DNA of 42,971 bases from a virus (taxonomy: Duplodnaviria > Heunggongvirae > Uroviricota > Caudoviricetes): the IMG/VR virus record IMGVR_UViG_2579778686_000011, one strand, 5' to 3'. Below are positions 37,689-42,971 of the stretch, piece by piece. The notes beneath the pieces were generated by a model, which had not been told where the DNA came from, did no database searches, and saw only the letters and a program-made list of their open reading frames with translations. Every line of letters begins with the position of its first letter. The first letter of the stretch is position 1. A program made the position numbers and the translations under genes.

Positions 37689-40600
37689 ATGACAGTAAAA
37701 ATTTCTGGCGTGCTTAAAGATGGCACAGGAAAACCAGTACAGAACTGCACCATTGTGCTGAAGGCCAGACGAACCAGCAGCACGGTGGTGGTGAACACGG
37801 TGGCCTCTGAAAATCCGGATGAAGCCGGACGTTACAGCATGGATGTTGAGCATGGTCAGTACAGCGTCACCCTGCTGGTTGAAGGTTTTCCGCCTTCACA
37901 TGCCGGGACCATTACCGTCTATGAAGGTTCCAGACCAGGTACGCTGAATGATTTTCTCGGTGCCATGACGGAGGATGATGTCCGACCGGAGGCACTGCGC
38001 CGCTTTGAGCAGATGGTGGAAGAGGTGTCACGTAACGCCTCAGCGGTTGCACAGAATACGGCAGCCGCGAAAAAATCAGCCAGCGATGCCAGTGCATCAG
38101 CCAGCGAGGCGGCAACTCATGCAACCGATGCTGCAGCCTCAGCACGTGCCGCCAGCACGTCAGCCGGACAGGCCGCGTCGTCGGCTCAGTCAGCGTCTTC
38201 CAGCGCAGGAACGGCATCGACAAAGGCCCGTGAAGCAGCAAAAAGTGCTGCTGCTGCAGAGTCATCAAAAAGCGCGGCAGCTACCAGCGCCAGTGCCGCG
38301 AAAACGTCAGAAACGAATGCCGCAGCATCACAAAAATCGGCAGCCACTTCTGCATCCACAGCGACCACGAAGGCGTCAGAAGCTGCCACCTCGGCACGGG
38401 GTGCGGCGGCCTCAAAAGAGGCAGCGAAATCTTCAGAAACGAATGCATCATCAAGTGCCAGTAGTGCAGCTTCCTCGGCAACGGCGGCAGGAAATTCCGC
38501 GAAGGCGGCAAAAACGTCCGAGACGAACGCTAAGTCTTCTGAAACAGCAGCGGGACAGAGCGCCTCAGCTGCGGCAGGTTCAAAAACAGCGGCTGCATTA
38601 TCTGCCAGTGCCGCGTCAACAAGTGCCGGGCAGGCCTCAGCCAGTGCCACCGCCGCCGGAAAATCGGCAGAAAGCGCCGCATCATCCGCTTCAACAGCCA
38701 CAACGAAGGCTGGCAAAGCCACTGAGCAAGCCACTGCAGCAGCGAGGTCTGCTTCTGCAGCAAAAACCTCTGAAACAAATGCAAAGACTTCAGCAGACAA
38801 TGCTGCTTCCTCTAAGGCGGCAGCCGCATCGTCAGCCAGTTCAGCGGCGTCATCGGTATCATCTGCGTCTGCTTCAAAAGATGAGGCGACCAGACAAGCG
38901 TCAGCAGCGAAAGGTAGTGCCACGACAGCAACAACGAAAGCATCAGAGGCGGCAGGCAGTGCGACGGCTGCATCTCAGAGCAAAGTTGCTGCTGAATCCG
39001 CGGCAACGCGCGCCGAGACAGCAGCAAAACGGGCAGAGGATATTGCATCCGCCGTGGCGCTGGAGGATGCGAGCACGACGAAAAAGGGGATAGTACAGCT
39101 CAGCAGTGCAACAAACAGCACCAGTGAAAAGCTGGCGGCAACGCCAAAGGCAGTTAAAACTGTTAAAGATAGTTCAGTTCAAAAAACTGGCGACACAATG
39201 GGAGGGCAGTTAAAAATCAGCACGATAAATGCTCTTCGAATATTCAACCAAGCCTTTGGCCTTATTTTTAGGCGTTCCGAAGATCATCTTCATCTTATTC
39301 CGACTAATGAAGGGGAGGGGGAAAATGGAGACATCGGTTCATTAAGACCATTCTCTATAAACTTAAGATCAGGGTTGGTGTCCATCGGTAATGGACTAAA
39401 AGTTGGTGGTAGTGTTACTGGTAATTTGACCGGAAACGCAGATACTGCGACCAAGATCAAGACAGCACGTAAGATTGGGGGCGTGGCATTTGATGGATCG
39501 GCAGATATCAACTTGCCTGGAGTCAACGCTACCGGTAATCAAAACACTACAGGTAATGCTGCGACCGCCACGAAACTTCAGGCAGCCAGAACGATTAACG
39601 GTGTGTCATTTGATGGTAGTGCAAATATCACATTGACCCCTTCAAATATTGGGGCATTGGCATTAACTGGAGGGACTCTTTCAGGTGGTTTAACTGCTGC
39701 TGGTGAGGTTATTTCAAGGTCAGCAAATGGTCTGCGTATTGCCTATGGCAACTATGGATTCTTTATCCGAAATGATGGATCAAACACATATTTTATGTTG
39801 ACAGATTCGGGTAACAGTCTTGGTACGCACAATAGCTTAAGGCCGTTTATAATTAGTAACCATACTGGCAATGTTACAATTGCAACTAAATTAAACGCGA
39901 GTGGTGGTATCACTGGATCTTTATCGGGTAATGCAAGCACAGCAACCAAATTGCAAACTGCAAGGACAATTAACGGCGTAAAATTTGACGGCTCGGCAAA
40001 TATTGAAGCGTTTCCGCCAGGTGTTCCGCTGCCGTGGCCATCAGATACACCACCTGCAGGTTATGCAATCATGCAGGGGCAGACGTTTGATAAGGCAGCA
40101 TATCCGAAACTGGCTATTGCCTATCCTTCAGGTGTTATTCCAGATATGCGCGGCTGGACAATCAAGGGCAAACCCGCCAGTGGCCGGGCCGTATTGTCTC
40201 AGGAACAGGACGGCATTAAATCGCACACCCACAGCGCCAGCGCATCCAGTACGGATTTGGGGACGAAAACCACATCGTCGTTTGATTACGGCACTAAATC
40301 CACGAATAACACCGGGGCGCATACGCACAGTCTGAGTGGCTCTACGGGGTCTGCCGGTGTTCATACTCATGGTAATGGTATTCGTTGGCCAGGAGGCGGC
40401 GGTTCTGCGTTAGCATTTTATGATGGCGGTGGGTTCACTTATGTCCAGAATTCACAGTATCAAGTAAGCCCGGAGACTTCTTCCTATAGATCGTATTATC
40501 AACGTATTCAGACACAGTCAGCAGGTGCTCATACCCACTCGCTGTCTGGTACTGCAGCAAGTTCTGGCGCACATGCACATACTGTAGGTATTGGTGCGCA

Positions 40601-40715
40601 TACGCACTCCGTTGCGATTGGTTCACATGGACACACCATCACCGTTAACGCTGCGGGTAACGCGGAAAACACCGTCAAAAACATCGCATTTAACTATATT
40701 GTGAGGCTTGCATAA
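37689..40715 (+). CDS. stf: Side tail fibre protein Stf
   Basis: Conserved N-terminus ([26 protein letters not shown]), long Ala/Ser-rich low-complexity shaft, C-terminal His-containing GAHTHS-type repeats. Confidence 0.88.
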   Translation: MTVKISGVLKDGTGKPVQNCTIVLKARRTSSTVVVNTVASENPDEAGRYSMDVEHGQYSVTLLVEGFPPSHAGTITVYEGSRPGTLNDFLGAMTEDDVRPEALRRFEQMVEEVSRNASAVAQNTAAAKKSASDASASASEAATHATDAAASARAASTSAGQAASSAQSASSSAGTASTKAREAAKSAAAAESSKSAAATSASAAKTSETNAAASQKSAATSASTATTKASEAATSARGAAASKEAAKSSETNASSSASSAASSATAAGNSAKAAKTSETNAKSSETAAGQSASAAAGSKTAAALSASAASTSAGQASASATAAGKSAESAASSASTATTKAGKATEQATAAARSASAAKTSETNAKTSADNAASSKAAAASSASSAASSVSSASASKDEATRQASAAKGSATTATTKASEAAGSATAASQSKVAAESAATRAETAAKRAEDIASAVALEDASTTKKGIVQLSSATNSTSEKLAATPKAVKTVKDSSVQKTGDTMGGQLKISTINALRIFNQAFGLIFRRSEDHLHLIPTNEGEGENGDIGSLRPFSINLRSGLVSIGNGLKVGGSVTGNLTGNADTATKIKTARKIGGVAFDGSADINLPGVNATGNQNTTGNAATATKLQAARTINGVSFDGSANITLTPSNIGALALTGGTLSGGLTAAGEVISRSANGLRIAYGNYGFFIRNDGSNTYFMLTDSGNSLGTHNSLRPFIISNHTGNVTIATKLNASGGITGSLSGNASTATKLQTARTINGVKFDGSANIEAFPPGVPLPWPSDTPPAGYAIMQGQTFDKAAYPKLAIAYPSGVIPDMRGWTIKGKPASGRAVLSQEQDGIKSHTHSASASSTDLGTKTTSSFDYGTKSTNNTGAHTHSLSGSTGSAGVHTHGNGIRWPGGGGSALAFYDGGGFTYVQNSQYQVSPETSSYRSYYQRIQTQSAGAHTHSLSGTAASSGAHAHTVGIGAHTHSVAIGSHGHTITVNAAGNAENTVKNIAFNYIVRLA

Positions 40716-41299
40716 TGGCATTCAGAATGAGTGAACAAGCACGGACCATAAAAATTTATAATCTGCTGGCCGGAACTAATGAATTTATTGGTGAAGGTGA
40801 CGCATATATTCCGCCTCATACAGGTCTGCCAGCAAACAGTACCGATATTGCACCACCAGATATTCCTGCTGGCTTTGTGGCTGTTTTCAACAGTGATGAG
40901 GCATCGTGGCATCTCGTTGAAGACCATCGGGGTAAAACGGTTTATGACGTAGCGTCAGGGGACGAGTTATTTATTTCTGAACTCGGTCCGTTACCGGAAA
41001 ATGTTACCTGGTTATCGCCGGAAGGGGAGTTTCAGAAGTGGAACGGCACAGCCTGGGTGAAGGATACGGAAGCAGAAAAACTGTTCCGGATCCGGGAGGC
41101 GGAAGAAACAAAAAACAACCTGATGCAGGTAGCCAGTGAGCATATTGCGCCGCTTCAGGATGCTGCAGATCTGGAAATTGCAACGGAGGAAGAAACCTCA
41201 TTGCTGGAAGCCTGGAAAAAGTATCGGGTATTGCTGAACCGTGTTGATACATCAACTGCACCTGATATTGAGTGGCCTGTAAATCCTGTCAGGGAGTAA
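40715..41299 (+). CDS. tfa: Tail fibre assembly protein Tfa
   Basis: 194 aa immediately after stf; N-terminus [39 protein letters not shown] as in lambdoid Tfa. Confidence 0.88.
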   Translation: MAFRMSEQARTIKIYNLLAGTNEFIGEGDAYIPPHTGLPANSTDIAPPDIPAGFVAVFNSDEASWHLVEDHRGKTVYDVASGDELFISELGPLPENVTWLSPEGEFQKWNGTAWVKDTEAEKLFRIREAEETKNNLMQVASEHIAPLQDAADLEIATEEETSLLEAWKKYRVLLNRVDTSTAPDIEWPVNPVRE

Positions 41300-41350
41300 T
41301 CATTGGGATTATGCCGCAGCACGTCTTAAGCAAGAACGTGCTGCGGTTGG
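41136..41350 (+). repeat. Direct repeat copy 1 (~215 bp: tfa 3' end plus downstream hairpin)
   Basis: About 90% identical by eye to 42184-42399, including the CCGCAGCACGT...ACGTGCTGCGG inverted repeat. Confidence 0.8.
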
Positions 41351-41353
41351 ATG

Positions 41354-42022
41354 CTATTTTTTCCCTGAAGCGGAAAACATTACTACAGTACCTTGAACCT
41401 TGGTTTTAACATTCTCGAAATGCTCTGAGAGTATGTGTGTTAAGCCTTCTTCGGAATCTTTTGTGTTTGAAAAGATGCCTTTCTGATTGTAAATGCGCAT
41501 CAGTTTTTGACCGAAGCTATTGTGCACAACTCCATCGCCAAGAATTGTGGCTCCGTATAGAGTTCCATCGTCAGTTAAGGCCTGCGCCGCATTGCGTATT
41601 ACACAGCTTTTTGTAGATATATTTCCAGGCAGGCAGTGAAGAAGGTAAAACATGGAAATGGAATCAAATTGACCATGTAACGCCGCGGGATAAGGTTCAA
41701 AAACATCATGGCTAATTTTATGTTTAATTTTTGATTCCCCAGCCCTTGTAGATGCCGCGTTCAGGCTAGCTTCGTTCAAATCCATTAAAGATATCAGACT
41801 ACTCTCAGGTACGTGAGTAAGGTAAAACCCAGTTCCAACACCAATATCCAGATGGTTGTTACCTACATGTTCCAGAAAGTGTGGAAGAAGGTGTTCCTTT
41901 GTAGGACATCCCCATGCAAGCCGATTTGATACTCCCAAAACCCACCAGTCATAAAGCTTTAGGGTAAGTGGTGTGTAAATTTTAGCCCCATCATCTGTGT
42001 TTTTTTTCATTGATTTCACCAT
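41354..42022 (-). CDS. Class I SAM-dependent methyltransferase (cargo gene)
   Basis: 222 aa with motif I LDIGVGTGF; opposite strand to the tail genes; flanked by the direct repeats. Confidence 0.75.
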   Translation of the reverse strand: MVKSMKKNTDDGAKIYTPLTLKLYDWWVLGVSNRLAWGCPTKEHLLPHFLEHVGNNHLDIGVGTGFYLTHVPESSLISLMDLNEASLNAASTRAGESKIKHKISHDVFEPYPAALHGQFDSISMFYLLHCLPGNISTKSCVIRNAAQALTDDGTLYGATILGDGVVHNSFGQKLMRIYNQKGIFSNTKDSEEGLTHILSEHFENVKTKVQGTVVMFSASGKK

Positions 42023-42078
42023 GTTATAGTTTTATTTGTGAATTAAATCAATTATGGCGATGAATTACAAGGGGTTAA

Positions 42079-42348
42079 ATGCTGCCGCAGCATAGCGATA
42101 TTGAAATAGCCTGGTATGCTTCGATACAGCAGGAGCCGAATGGCTGGAAGATCGTCACCACACAGTTCTACATCCAGGAATTCAGTGAGTATATTGCGCC
42201 ACTGCAGGATGCTGTAGATCTGGAAATCGCAACGGAGGAAGAAAGATCGTTGCTGGAGGCATGGAATAAATATCGGGTATTGTTGAATCGTGTTGATACA
42301 TCAACTGCACCTGATATTGAGTGGCCTGCAAATCCTGTCAGGGAGTAA
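42079..42348 (+). pseudogene. Remnant 3' portion of a second tfa allele (89 aa frame)
   Basis: C-terminal 55 aa near-identical to the end of Tfa at 40715..41299; N-terminal part differs; far too short for a functional Tfa. Confidence 0.55.
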
Positions 42349-42399
42349 TCATTGGGATTATGCCGCAGACACGTCGTATGCAGGAACGTGCTGCGGTTA
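42184..42399 (+). repeat. Direct repeat copy 2
   Basis: See copy 1. Confidence 0.8.
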
Positions 42400-42633
42400 G
42401 TTTGTGAGCTTTCGATAGTGGTTGTTATTTTTGCCCTTATTTGTTCCGGAGGCCATGGTTCAATGGTCCGTCTGCCCCCTGTGGTGATGTCAGCAAAATC
42501 AGCCACTGCGCGAACCACAATAGCCCGGGAAGATGCTGAAGATCACCAGGTAAAGCTATCAGCGCAGAAACTGGAAGAACTGCTCGCATCAATGGTTAAG
42601 GATGAGGTTGATCGCAATGATGGGATTTATTGA
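42352..42633 (+). CDS. Hypothetical protein (93 aa frame; probably shorter)
   Basis: Open frame only. Confidence 0.25.
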   Translation: MGLCRRHVVCRNVLRLVCELSIVVVIFALICSGGHGSMVRLPPVVMSAKSATARTTIAREDAEDHQVKLSAQKLEELLASMVKDEVDRNDGIY

Positions 42634-42971
42634 CGTCAGCGAGAGCAGAAGGAAGAACTGAATAACCTGAATGATTTACGCTCAATCAGAGCGATGATGA
42701 TTGGCAGTAATTAGCGGTCAATTTCGGTTTTTTTGGCTGTGCGCTCCCCGCCCAGCATTGCGCGTCAATTAGCCCCAAAAAAACGAAAAAGTTACAATCA
42801 AGTAAAAAATTCCTTCTGCAAAACTAAAAAAGATTTCAATAAAATCAGACAGTTAAAAACATAAAAAAAAGGTACAAAAAAACATCTCAAAGTCTTGTTT
42901 TTTGCTTCAAATACAATTGGTTATTGTGTTTTTTGAAACCTACCAGTGTGGTACATGGATATCGATACCAC

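Larger units (their letters stand above)
1..42971. mobile_element. Lambdoid prophage segment (early-left genes through tail fibre and distal cargo); integrase and attachment sites not seen in the window
   Basis: Gene order and protein similarity to lambda Nu1, A, W, B, C, D, E, FI, FII, Z, U, V, G/T, H, M, L, K, I, J, Lom, Stf, Tfa, plus a lambda-like cos sequence and a lysis cassette. Confidence 0.9.

Noticed and set aside
37975-39093. 372 aa alternate-frame plus ORF and 245 aa minus ORF within the stf Ala/Ser-rich shaft
   Set aside because: Products are low-complexity Arg/Gln/Pro or Ala/Asp runs generated by the repetitive GCN-rich sequence; the Stf frame is supported by conserved N- and C-terminal domains.
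1-42971. CRISPR array or cas genes
   Set aside because: No regularly spaced direct repeats of CRISPR size were seen; the only repeats are the tfa-end duplication, operator-like palindromes and cos-proximal repeats.
42700-42971. Gin/Pin/Hin-type invertible tail-fibre segment
   Set aside because: The tfa repeats are direct, not inverted; no invertase gene is visible; the terminal palindrome does not match the recalled crossover-site consensus.

Overview
This window reads as a nearly complete lambdoid (lambda-like) prophage from an enterobacterial host, with no CRISPR array, rRNA or integrase gene inside it. Calls rest on reading the supplied translations and on motifs visible in the DNA; no database search or GC computation was run. 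Left to right: a Rac-type immunity/replication module (XRE repressor divergent from Cro/YdaS-like and YdaT-like genes, then a replication initiator); an AT-rich cargo island with a 340-356 aa split-PIN-like protein and a hok-family toxin locus; a NinR-like block (DUF968-like, RusA, Q-like antiterminator); a late-promoter region with two tRNAs (CAT and Arg-UCU) and a NanS-p-type esterase in the arrangement typical of Stx phages but with no stx genes; a lysis cassette (holin, SAR endolysin, Rz/Rz1); cos; and a lambda-collinear head and tail gene set (Nu1 through J, lom, stf, tfa). The best candidate for an undescribed system is a convergent, 3'-overlapping two-gene module at 15503-17132, in the moron slot between Rz and cos. 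It pairs a 206 aa protein carrying a PD-(D/E)xK-like nuclease motif with a 355 aa protein of unknown function. Secondary candidates are the split-PIN protein and a SAM-methyltransferase cassette flanked by direct repeats of the tfa 3' end.
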